This document shows, piece by piece, positions 36,839-49,500 of a stretch of 64,000 nucleotides of DNA. The notes beneath the pieces were generated by a model, which was not told where the DNA came from, searched no databases, and saw nothing but the letters and a program-made list of their open reading frames with translations. This stretch comes from Fimbriosthenelais zetlandica (lineage: Eukaryota): assembly GCA_977030845.1 (NCBI GenBank), contig OZ365110.1, forward strand, positions 42,656,001-42,720,000, written 5' to 3'. Each line of letters opens with the position of its first letter. Position 1 is the first letter of the stretch. The position numbers were made by a program, and so were the translations under genes.

Positions 36839-39800
36839 GTTAAGTGCACGACCATCTCCTAGTGGAACTTTGAGAAAAAAGCCTCTTGCCAATCGGTAAA
36901 GTCGGTAGGAAAGATAGCTGGAAGCATCTTTTACGGACTGGTGTTTGCTACACAAGTAAAAAGGCGCCAAACAAGGCTCGGTAACAAAAGAGGATGGCAG
37001 GCTGATCAAATTTGACGATGTCACGGAGTGCTGACTCGAGAGTAGGGACATGAAATATACACAGTCTTTGGATTCCCTTAGCCATAGGTGGAGAAAAAAT
37101 GGCTTTGTTCTGTCTCTTTTGAACCATATCAGACAGCTTCTTAACTTGGATTTCAACAGGATTCTCGAGGGCTCTTTTTTATTACGTCTCGAGATGTTTT
37201 ACACAGTCTCGGAGGGAGGCTGTCTATTGATTTTAATACCCCGTCTCAGAGATGTGTGCTTTAATGTGCTCTATGATTAAAAGGTACTCAGTGGATCCCA
37301 TTAATTCAATCGTTTCATAAAATGTAAGCCCAATTAATGTTCATATCCCCGAGGTGCTGGTGGCTGGGGGAAGTGTGGGGGAGAAGGCCTTGACGAGGAT
37401 TTTGCAAGCCTGTGTGTAATTAAGATAATTATCACACTTCCTCATTTAATTTCCTTGAGGTGCTGTCTCAGACAGTAATGCATGAGTTAAAGAGGCGCCA
37501 GCCAAGGAAGCCAATGTCTCTAGCAATTAAAAAAGCAGGCTGAAACCCACATGCTCTTGATTAATTGGTGAGGAAGCAAGTGATTAATTTTCATTTTGAT
37601 AGGGGAATGGCAGGGCCGTTTTATGAATGAAGATCATCAGGTGCATGCCTGCATATGGGTACAAGTATATGGGTATTGATGTGACAATGGCATGACAGAG
37701 AGGCGGCCACTGGGCTGTCATTGTATGCTCTGAACATAAACTCCAATGGTAACTGCTTTGTGTTGGGCAATTTGAATCTTGTCTCCCTTCGAGGCTTTTG
37801 TACCATTGTCTGTTGTGTGTACTACCAATGGCGAATGAAACTGGCCAAAACAATATGTGCCTGAAAGGAGGTGATATACCATGTAATGTGCCTCCCAGAT
37901 AAATGGGCTTCGCTCATTTTCCGCTTTTAAAGTTTGCACTTTTTGTCCACGAGCCATCGCAGTCAATGTACACCAAAGAGCAGATTTCATGCATCATGAA
38001 AACTGCCATGTATGAGTCTGGAAGCGACCTTGTAGTGCCAAAGATATTGATCAGGCAACAATCTGCCTTGAACTTGAATAGGCTTGAAGAAGGAGAAGGC
38101 GGCGAATCATCATACCCTGTTGGATCTTTTAGTATCCTTACAGTGCACGCCATCGAAAAAGATGAAAGATTTTGTAACTGAAATATTTTATATTCACTGA
38201 ATCAGTATGCATCTTTCTTGTAAAATTTATCGATGTCTTTGTTAAAAATGTAGGGATGTGTATATAGATATGAAGACCTCAATTGTTTTGATGAAGAAGT
38301 GGACAGGAACTTTCCCAGGAGGAAAACTGCGCTGCCCTCTGTGAGGGAAACTCTGCACGAGTCTCCGAAACCTCCAGTTTTCTCTTTCTCCACCCACCAC
38401 CTACACCTATACCTCCCTCTTCTAAAACGCTCCCACCATCTCTCCCCCCCCCAACTCAATTCACCACACCTATATACACTTCGATTTATTCCAGGAAGTT
38501 TTGTCCTAAACATAATCTCTTGAAGCCAGGAAAGTGCAGAGCAATGTAGCTAGCTCTGAGGCTTCAGCAATTATCAAATTGTGTGCCACACGCAATGCTT
38601 TCATATTTTGTAAGAGTTTTAACTCGGCACAAACACTTCTATGGATAGAGCGGAAATGAAGCAATACCGTCTGCTTATCGATAGATCTATGTGTTAAATG
38701 TTTTTTAAAACAATTTTATTGCCATTTTGGCAAGGCTATACCTAACCCTGACATTGGAAAGATTGTCCACTCTAGCTCCACATCGCATAATGTCATTAAT
38801 TTGTCTGCATGTCATGCACATATCATTTTGTCCACACCAAACTTTGTATAGTCAGTGGAAATAGTTAGGCTCTATGAAGAATATATGATGGCCAATGGCC
38901 ATCTGCTATAGTCGAATAACAGGAGGATTCCAGTCCTTGCCTTTGAACGTGGCTCCATGTGGTTTGTATGTACACAGTTCGAGACATTAATAATGCATAG
39001 CAAGAAAACAATAATACATTCACGTCTCTACATTTCGCTGAATCTAGGTTAACATGGAATGTGAGTTTCTTTATGCTGCCTGGGCTTTTTATACATCTGT
39101 GCCATGTGGCAGATATTCTCATTTATGGTAATGTAAAGACATTATACTTGGGATGCTGACTGACATTAAAGATTGACAAGATTTCTTCGAGAAATATCTT
39201 ACTATATTTCATTATTTCCAGGATGGCAATTTGATATATTCTTTTGATTTTGGATTGCATATTAAGTTTTTGTAATGTTACGTAAATATTGCTACTTGCA
39301 TTATTAGATGAATGTAGCCATGGTAAGAAGTTACCGTTGAGCTTCGACACATTATGAGTAAGAGCTTTTTGCCATGGTAATGTTACCATGATGCCCTTTC
39401 TTTTAAGAATGTCTCTGCCAGTAGATGGACTGAACATTACTCGTGTTTTATGATTTCCTGCCAAAGTCTGCCAGCCTTTCCATAAAAGATGCGTGATGAT
39501 AAATATGTATTTGCCTCATTGACAAGTTCAGATCCTACATTAATTTCCCCTTTGATGAGGCGCCATTATTATCCCTATAAATTGTACGTCACATCGGCAG
39601 GCCTTCATCCCTCACTGTCAATCCCCATGCAGTATTTTAATTGTCTCCAGCCCCGCCAGCCCTATGAAGCATGACATAGTTCCCCCTTCAACTTCCCTCA
39701 GTCCTATCGCCCATCTGACACTAGGTGTCGCATAGGGCTTACCTTGCTCGGCTCTCGTGTGCGCATGTCCACGGCATGTGACGTCATAGCGTCGTAGGCT

Positions 39801-42800
39801 CTGAGACACCAATGTCACAGGGGATGACAAGCCAGGGGAGGAAAGCGTCTTGACGTCGGAGCAGCCTCATGTTGGGACTCTATACGCCATATTTGTAAAG
39901 TTAAGAGTAAGCTTATTGGATCGAAGATTGCATTCATCGGCCAATATTTGAGCATGTCTAGCCTGGCTAGGTCCCCCTGTCATCGCTGTTTCACCTGGCC
40001 AACAATAGTGTTGCCACTCTGATTGTTCTGCCTGACAAGTGATTAGTTCCACCAGTATTTGTGTGCTGGCCACCGTTTACCAATGTGCTCCAGCTCCGAC
40101 TGCTTTTTCTTTCAAAGGCCCGATTTTTAGAAAATAAACTGCGGCATTATTGCCAGGCAGGAAAGAGCGACCATTTGCACTCAAGGTACAAATGTTGCCA
40201 TGTATGCCAACCATGTCGTGGAACTGTTGTAGGAGCCTGGCAGTTCAACAATGGTGCATGTGTTAATCCTTGCTAGAGAACGTTCACAGAATGCCAATAA
40301 GTCGGTGGGAATTATTTATTTGACATTTCACATGAGACGTGCGATTTACTGACTGACAGGTAGGTCGCGGGCAAAGAGGGGGACTGGAAGAGAAGGGGGG
40401 GCACCTGTAAAGGAATGCGATTCACAAACAAAATAAAAGCCCGCTGACATGGAGTGGGCCCTCTCATTTCTTTCCATGTTCTCCGTCTCGCTGCCCTCTC
40501 CTTTCTCCACTCTCCTCCCCTTTCACCACCTCACTACGTATTCCCTCATGCCTACTACTCAGCCGTCTGGGGACATCATTAAATTTCAAGGCGGCATTTA
40601 GTTTCACCTCGCCTCGCCGTCTCCACATTCACAGACTTGTTTCAGTCTCTGACCCCTAATGGCTTCGGATCCGGCCATTCCCCGATCATTGTAACCCTAT
40701 CTATATTGATTTTAATCCGGGTTTGAACCCCAAACCCCTCGGCTTCAATGCTAAGCAGTTGTATCAAAATGGGGTCAGAAATCGGGAGCTGCTCCTGCAT
40801 TGAGAATGGGAGCACCCGGGAGCTACTCATTGTTTTCTTGTCAGAGGAATTGGAAATCTCAGCGGGGGCCATCATTAGTGAAAAGGCGTAGGCAGGCGGG
40901 GCCGTTGCCTAAATATGGCACCATATTTAGGGGTTCCCTCCTCAGGAATTTTAATCAATCACGACAGTGCTGGCTATGGTTATGAATATGTATGAGCACA
41001 GTTTGATGTAATTTAGTTTCTGGTACAAGTGGGCAGATAACCAGGTTTTAGTGCGACGGGGTCGTTTGGCTGGTCCCTTGTCACTAACGAATACGGACAT
41101 ATAGACGGGACGGGAGGGGGGATAGTAGAGAGAGTTTGTACTTTCAGTTCTAGGACTGGCAATAATATTATAGAGGGGGATATGGCCATGGTGTAAGAGT
41201 GTAGAGACGAAGCGATCACTTTGGGGCCGTTTTATCAGCTCATCAGCTTCCTAGCACTTCAAATGTCTCTCCTGCCACTCTGATTCCATCTAACTACATG
41301 CAAATCATCCTCACTCCAGTTCCATTTCTATGAATGTCTGGCATGAATTCATCTCCTTGGACCGACGCCATGTGATATATTCGCCCTCGTGTGGTTTTAA
41401 ATTTGCCTGTGGCCTGCAGATTGGGCCAGACCTATCTCCCATTTTGCCAACCTTGAGGACATAAATTTGTGGAAGTCAATTTAAATGACGTTATGGAAGA
41501 CAAGGCTGGACCGTGCTTCTTTGTCCAATAACCCCAAGACCAGCATAAATAAATTTCCTGATCCAATTTAGATGGGCGCAGCCATAAAATATGGATAGCG
41601 AATCGAAACCCAAATCTACTTTGTTAATTCATCGCACACTAACGCCCCGCTCGTAAATTTTGAAGGTCCGCCTGGCTTTCCGTTTTGTCGGCCTAATGTG
41701 GTTGGCAAGGTTACAATAGTCTGACCCTACGTAGTTAATATTTCAGGGGGGGAATGTGCGCTCTCATGGAGCTAGATATTAATCAAAGACTGCCTATTGC
41801 TGAATGCCTGCCCTCTTTACATCTGAAAGAATTTGAGAAATGAAGCTTTGTCCATGAGAGAAGCCCTCGCCTCAGGGGCTTATAGATGCTTATGTTGGAC
41901 CTTCTTATGTCCATGTTTATGCAGCATTCTCATTTCTTTGATCCTGGATTGTATACGTGTGCTTAGGTGGTATGGAGCTAAGGGTTTGACCTGAAACCAA
42001 GAGCGGAAAGATGATTGAATATAGTACTTGAAGCATGTATGAACATAATTTCTCTATGCGTGATATAGTATATAAAAGATTGAGGTATTGTATACCCTTT
42101 GAAGCCATTATTATTAATACAAAAAGTGGGAGAAATCACTAGATGCGAGGGCTAAGAGTTCATGGATATCCTGATCATCCTTTCGTTTATTCCTCATGGG
42201 GAAAGCGTTCTTTTCAGATGAAAAAAGGATGGCTAATCCCACATGTGTGTTTGAATATTCCCGATTGATCAGATTAGCCCTATTCCTTCCAACTTTTACT
42301 TACTGACCCTTGTTTTCCATCAGACAATGATAAGGCTAATATCATGGGTGCACCTCTGGAGCCTGGTTTTAGCTCTCTTATTGTTTGACTATGCCCCATC
42401 ATGGGATTATTCCTGCACTAAGACCAATCTACAATGCATCCTCATCGGTAAGTGCCTACTCACATCTAAGATTCCACGTGTCAGCTTTTGGCAAACTTGA
42501 ATTATCGACCTGAGCCCCCGATTATTGCATTGTGCCTGCCTCCCAATCCAATATGGGAATGATGAATATACACTGCCTCCTAATGACCGCACCGATGGAC
42601 ATCTTCAGATGAGAAGCCCCATCCAGGGCCGCTCCAGCAAAATAAAGGCGCTCTTAATTTTTCATCCCTTCAAGATTGCCCGGTGAATGAAAGTTATTTA
42701 GCCGATCGCTACATGGATTTGCTGGGAGATTTATATGTTAAACCCAGGCGCGCACCTATCGATGGAATTTCGAGACAGGTCAATGGCCCTCCAAGCTGCC

Positions 42801-42980
42801 CTGGAGCATAAAGCAATTGAACGGGCAGGATTTTACTGTGAAATATGAATGCTGAATCGAAGTGGAAATGTACTCCATCAGTAGCCTGCCCTGACCTATT
42901 TTCTGACCCCATTTCGCTTGCTGCCCCTGATATGGAAGGATATCTCTTAGAGTGAGCATTCATGTTAAATCTTAATGCGA

Positions 42981-43188
42981 ACTGTAATAAACAGATTTGA
43001 AATTGATGGCACTGCCCATACAGTGTGAGCAGGCAGGGGGGGAGACTGCCCCATCACGGGCCATGGACCTTCCAGGTCGCAGGCCGCTGACCAAAAGGCC
43101 CATGCCCGGATTGACATTTCAAACCATCCCTACTCCTGCCCCGTAATGCACCCGCAATACTGTAATAAACAAATTTGAAATCAATGGA
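42981..43188. repeat. Dispersed 30 bp direct repeat pair, 178 bp apart
   Basis: actgtaataaacagatttgaaattgatggc (42981-43010) vs actgtaataaacaaatttgaaatcaatgga (43159-43188); 26/30 identical. Confidence 0.7.
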
Positions 43189-46100
43189 CAGTTCAATAAA
43201 AGATGAAAGCGCCAGGGAGCTACCAAATCTACTTTCTGCAGGCAGGCAGTCCGAAGCGGGCCTGGCAGTAAGCAAGTTGGAGTTGGTCAGTTTTAGGGCG
43301 AGTGGCGACCATGAAATATGGATGGTGACCCGTCGGTCTCCTCAAGTATGATTGATGCCTGGCTTTATAATCCAATAAGATACGCGCATCCCCACACACA
43401 TTGGATGAAATCTAAAATGGACAGTCTATACAGAAGCGCCCTGCGCTCCAAATCCCAGATGTACGGCTCTGGCTATTTTTCCTGTATTCCCAGCCAATTG
43501 TTTCGCCTGCGCAGCGCCCTTCTCGTATCATTCATACCAATTGTTGAATCCTCTCACGCTCAGTTTTTTATCGCCTTCAGCATGGAATAAGAACGAAGCC
43601 ACAATGACAATTTCATTCATTAAATTTGTGAAGTGGACAGGTAAAGTGTGAATAATAATTCATTCAAATGATCAGATCCTTTGATGGGGAAATAATTCAT
43701 ATAAATGAGTGCCAGTGTATAAGGCTGGGGATAAATCGTCAGTTCATCTTCCCCCCTCTCATGCTGCCAATTCCATTTCCTTGTATCAAGCCCTGCTCAA
43801 GCCTTCATAGCAAACATAATCTAACAACTAAGGGAAGCCATGCATTCAACTCCCAATGCCTTCCATTGGCAGCGGGAAAGAGGGAGAGAAAAAACCCGCC
43901 CTTCAACCTAATGAGGCTTCACCGCTGATGCAATTTAGAATTGTCATATTATGTTTTTCTCCCTCCTACCCCGCCAACTTGCATTGATGAGGCGATTATA
44001 GGTTTTTTTAAAAACTGACACTCCAACTCTCTGCCAATTGGGCGTAAAGAACATGTCCCGCCCCCTTTTTGAGACGACTTCATTGAGATAATCAATACGG
44101 TGTTTATTTTTTCTCATGCTTAATCTACTCGGGATGGAAAATTGCCAGGCTTTTTTCAACGCGCCCGCCTCCTTTTTGACAGCCGAGCTGTCGATGCAAA
44201 GTAAATGTTTGTTCACACATTGTGGCTTCCCTCCTGGCTTCCCATAGTATGAAACGCCTAAAATTCTCCTGTGAATGGCTTCCAATACAGACCTTTCAGC
44301 CAGTTTTTTTTACCACCCTCCATCTGTTTCAACTGGGGGATTTCCCTAAGTCATTTCAATGTTTTCCTTGCACGGTGGGTTATTTCCATGAAGTGGAAGT
44401 ATATGGCGAGTGTTCGCACGATATGTATGGCAATTCTCCAGATCATAAGTCTGCTCTGGGGTGATTACAACCCTTGACCTTTATGTACCCTTGGGTGGTC
44501 GTGGGAAAGGATGATTGAAGTGGATGCAAAACATTCTACATGTTCTCAATACAGGGAATGGGAGATGAGTGGAAAATTTTCTTCATTTTACTTTGATCTC
44601 TCTTTTTACTTTTAAATTTAAAGTAATTTAAATCAAATAAAAAATATGAGTTATTTCTCACCGTTCAAATATTCCTCTTACAAACAGCCAATGTATAATG
44701 TGTTCTGTTCAGATAGCTTTCATTTATGAATATTTTGCTTGACCGATTTAAATATATCAGTTGTATTTGGTTTATCCACTTTTAAATGATCGATGCACCG
44801 TTGAAGGTATTCATATATAGGTTATATTAAGTCTAAATTACGGTGTCTCTTTGAACCTTCTCTTATCTGTGAGATTACAAATACCACCAAAGGAAAAGCA
44901 CATTTGATGTGAAATGGTGCCTGAGGGTCGGTCGGTCTTTTTAAGATCAGAATGTGTTATATTTAGGTTGAGGGTCACTTTATCGTGAGTTGAAGGTTTA
45001 GTACTCACTTAATGAGCTCATCAATGAGTCAGTGCCATATTTGATAATCATCCCTCCTCTAACCCACATGCTATATATTCCATCCCCACACGGAAGATGC
45101 ACCATCAACCTTGCGTGAGTATTTGAACTTTTGTTGAAAGGGGAATCCGGAGCAAATGAGCACATTTAAGATGTCTGCGAGTGGTTGAAAATGCAAAACG
45201 GCCATTAGCCCCTCCCCTCTTAGCCCGCCACTGCCGACCCCAACACTGACCCCATGCGAGAAAGAGGGGACCCTGAAGCCACCTCCCACAAGTGCATAAC
45301 ATGTTGGAGAGGGACACGGCATCCAATTCTCCCTCCAATTCCCATTACAAGGCCCTGCATTTTTGATAACATTTCAACTAAAAAGAAACACTCGGACTGA
45401 CCCTGGGGTTTTGAAAACCTGCTGGCGCTTGCACCCGATGACTCGGCCGCAATCAATAGGCGTGCAACTTTAATGTGCAGTGTTTGAAATAAATATGTGT
45501 TCAAGTGAGGGGTGCGGTGCGGAGGCCTTGGCACCTGACACCTCTCCCTGGCCGCTGCATCTTACCTGGCGACCTTTGATGACCTGGTCAGGTGTGAAGA
45601 TTGATTTTGGTGGGGATTGAACCGAGAGTTTTATGCCGACTGAACTTCACGTTCACCTCTAAACAGGAGGAATAGAAATCGACCGGTGGATGGCAACCTC
45701 CTCTCACTATGGCTACAATATATACCACTTCCCCCAACCCGCCTCTCAACACACACATACACTGTACGGGAAGTCCACTCTCTTTTTCCTAAACATATCC
45801 CATCAATTGCCTCTATCATCAAACCTCTTTGAAGTCGGCCTATACCAGCGTGGATTTTAGTGTGGCCAAGCAGAAATTCACACACTGTGCTGACACAATG
45901 GCCCGCCCATTCAGCCATTGTCCAAGCTTTTGGAAATTCACCAGTGCTATATATTTGTTGACGTCACAAAATGTCGATTTTCATTTGAGTGATTTATCAC
46001 TTTACTGGCGTCGCTTATACGTTGTGTAGGACATATAGGGACATCTATGGAAGTATAAGGATATATCCACTTTAATGTTGTGGCTGATATGGCTATATCT

Positions 46101-46510
46101 CAGGCATACAACCCTAAACCTATACTCCAACTGCACCTGTTCCCTTGATCTCAATGACCTAGAACAATGACATGCAATATTATCTTTAATTTCGATGAAT
46201 CTTCTATATATACTTATGTTGTCCAGATCTGCCAGATTTCATTTGCTGGCGTTTCAAGAAAGCTTATTCAGCATTTCTTATATTTCTCATCCATATGTCC
46301 TAAAACTATGTGTTCTTCACGACTACAATATTCAATTCCATAAAATTAGGATTTCATATTATAAGATTTAATAAGATTAAAGCTAATCTTACCAAATAAA
46401 ATAACTGTAGCCATTTTGGGGAAAAATTCCAGAAAATATTTACTCCATTTGGGAATGCACCTGATGGCTACATAGATCTTGAAGTTAATGCATTTGGGGA
46501 GGGGGTTGGT

Positions 46511-46525
46511 GGGGGGGGGGGGGGG
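46511..46525 (+). repeat. Poly-G tract (G15)
   Basis: Direct reading. Confidence 0.9.
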
Positions 46526-49500
46526 TCTCTCCATGGTTAGCCTATAGCGTGACCTTACACTGATCCCGTAAATGACTACCTTCTTTAATACCACACACCT
46601 TCACATCCATCCCTTTTACAGAAAGTTTATATTACAATGTACCGCTGCCCGTTCTTTAACAATGAGCTCCTCAGTACAGGCAGCCTCCCCTGACACAGGG
46701 ATCCAGTTGCCCCCTGTCTTTCTACTATAAAAGATGCCCTATAATTATAGCATAAAGATCATGTCACTGATTATAAAAATCCAAGGTGAAGTACAGGTGG
46801 AAATACTCAAATACACTCTCCATCTCTCACCTGAGTGGACCCTATCCTATTATAGTAATCCTATATATTGCATTTTCAGGTAGCTAAGATACTTATTTTC
46901 TTGAGAATTAATAAATACTTACCTGTCCGATGTTCCATGCTTCTATAGGATAATATGTACGATTGTCATGTGTCTGATCCACTATATAGACCAATGTCGC
47001 TGTTTTTTTTTTCGCGGGATCCAATTTCGATGTATGAACTGAAAATGAGACAAAATGAGATGGTAAGACAAGCCTGCTTTAAGTAAGCAACAAGGTAAAA
47101 TATGTATCGATCCTTGATTACTGACGGCCGGTTTCTGTGTTTTAAGCCAATGGAGTGTTGACTAAGTGTACGGAAACAAGAAGCCAGAAGAGTGCATAAA
47201 AGGTATGGCTGCACTTAAGGTTGAGACTGAGAGCGCCATGAATTATTTTTTAATGTGGGTGTTTGTCAAGAATGGCAAGTTAATGTGGTGCGTTTGGTCA
47301 TAAGGTGTGAGTAATATTAGTGACAAATATTATTATACAAATTGAGACGTTAATTTGTATAGTTTGAGACGTGCGTATATATATTTTCTTAAGCTCTTGT
47401 CTTTGTCCTGAAAAACTTTTTGGACATAATCATATTTCTTATGTTTTAATTCGTCTGCCTCTCGTTAGACGGCCAGAACTGATGCATCTGTTCTCCAACT
47501 ATCGCCATGCTCAAAGAATCGAGATTAAAATTCATAAGGAAAGTAATTATTCCTTTAATCTACGATTTACTCTTGCTCTGAAAAACAACTTTCTTGACAC
47601 ATTCTTGAATGAGTAAAGACCTATTTATATGTGTACTTTGTTCAATGATCCACCCGCTCCTTGATCTTTAAGCCAGTATTGAATTGATTGAGCTCATAAC
47701 CCACATTGAGAAGTATCGCCATGTAACTTCTTCATTAGTCTAAAGTAAGCCTATTTTATAATTCTTAAGACAAAGAAGGTTTTACTATGTTTTTGTATAT
47801 GGAAGTCATATCATTCTCTATTTTTCCATTCAGAAATATGCCAAAAAAAACTCACCCACTACTTCCAAGATGTCCAAACTTACTCCATTTTCCTTTGATT
47901 CCTTTGGTAGACTTTAAAAGAAAACTTTCAGGGAATTCCTCACAGAAGAATGTATTAATTAGGCAGCTATATGATTAATAAGCCTGACTGTGAAAGCCCA
48001 TCCCCTCGACAAGCAGAATGTATATATATAGTGAGAGGAGTGCCGGGGAACACATGGTGATGAAGTAACGTCTGTAGTAGTCAAGACACTGTCCTTCATA
48101 CCTTTTATCTTCTCAACTTACAAGGGCTTTCTCCGAGTAAGAAGCAAAATATTGATGTCCTTTACTCTCTGCTTTTCAGATGGATTCCCGTTTTATAGCA
48201 CTAGCTTGTCTCTTTCCATCTCTTTCCATCATCCATTAGCTCAGAAACCCAGAAAAAAGTCTGTGTAATATCAAACTGCTTGAATTCTTGATTTAATGTG
48301 ACTTATTGTGTGTATAGACGGGAGTATAATGGAAGGCTTCCTTATACTTTCTTAAGCTGTATTGATTGACCCATATATTTGTAATTACCATCTAATCAAC
48401 TTGTTCAAAGTTGGTTTGGATCAGGGCCCACCACCACCACCCACCACATACAGAGCTCTACACGTGTTACATTTGCTCAATTGTTGTTAACCTACATATT
48501 TCCTTGGCCGAATGTGATTTATAGCATCACGCATTTAGGCTCGACGCAATATTATAAAACCTCTGGTTCTCCATTGCCTCCATTTGACCCCTTGTGTTGG
48601 CCCCAAAGTTGGCCCAATTTCAGGAAATTGTCATCATCAGTCATGATTTTCGGACCAAAGGCGGGCGTGTAATGATTGATATTTTTTCATTTCTCCTCAG
48701 TCCTCTCCCTCTCCGATTTCCAATGACAAATGGAAGTTTTTAATTGCGGCAGGGCCAAGGTAATATCGATTAAGCCGGATGGGCTAACTGGGGAAGGCGG
48801 GCGCTCCGCCGCTTTGCTGCGCGATACATATGAAGACAAAATGTCAATTTTCATTTCTTTGTTCTCTGAGTGGTGCCGACTTCAGTGGAGGGGAAAATCC
48901 ATCTAGGGTTAATCAAAACATCTCATTTAAAACTCGTCCTCGCCATGTTGACCTCTCCTATTGGGCCGTGCGCTGCTATAAGCACCCCACAGAGAGGCAG
49001 AAAGGAAGAAAGCTTTCTCATTTCTTTGTCCTTGTGAGCGGCCAAAGTAAAAGCGACAAATTATTGTTAATTCTTAGATTCCTAACCTCCATCCAAGGTT
49101 ATTCATCCTATTAACATTCATCTGGCTCTTCTTGTGAGGTGGCAATCGTCATATTAACCTTGAACGGAGCTGCCATATTAATATGGCTCGCTTTAGACTA
49201 TTGCTTTTTCTTTCCCTCACTCCAGTTTCAGAGAGGAGCCATATCTTACGAGTCACGAGTGATTAGTTGTATTGCTTCCTGTCTGTTTTAAAAGCAGAGA
49301 ATGGTCTGTTTACACTGGCAAGGTTGAAAGCCCTAAATAATTCACTTACCAAACACAACTTCCCTCTTCATTGTTTCCTTTTTGGGAGCCGCTATTGATT
49401 AATTAGAGAGGACTAATTAGAGGTAATTAATGAGAAGATTTTAGTGTTGCTCGATGTTGTGCCTGATCGCTCGCGAGCATTTGCCTGCAAAAGAAATAAC

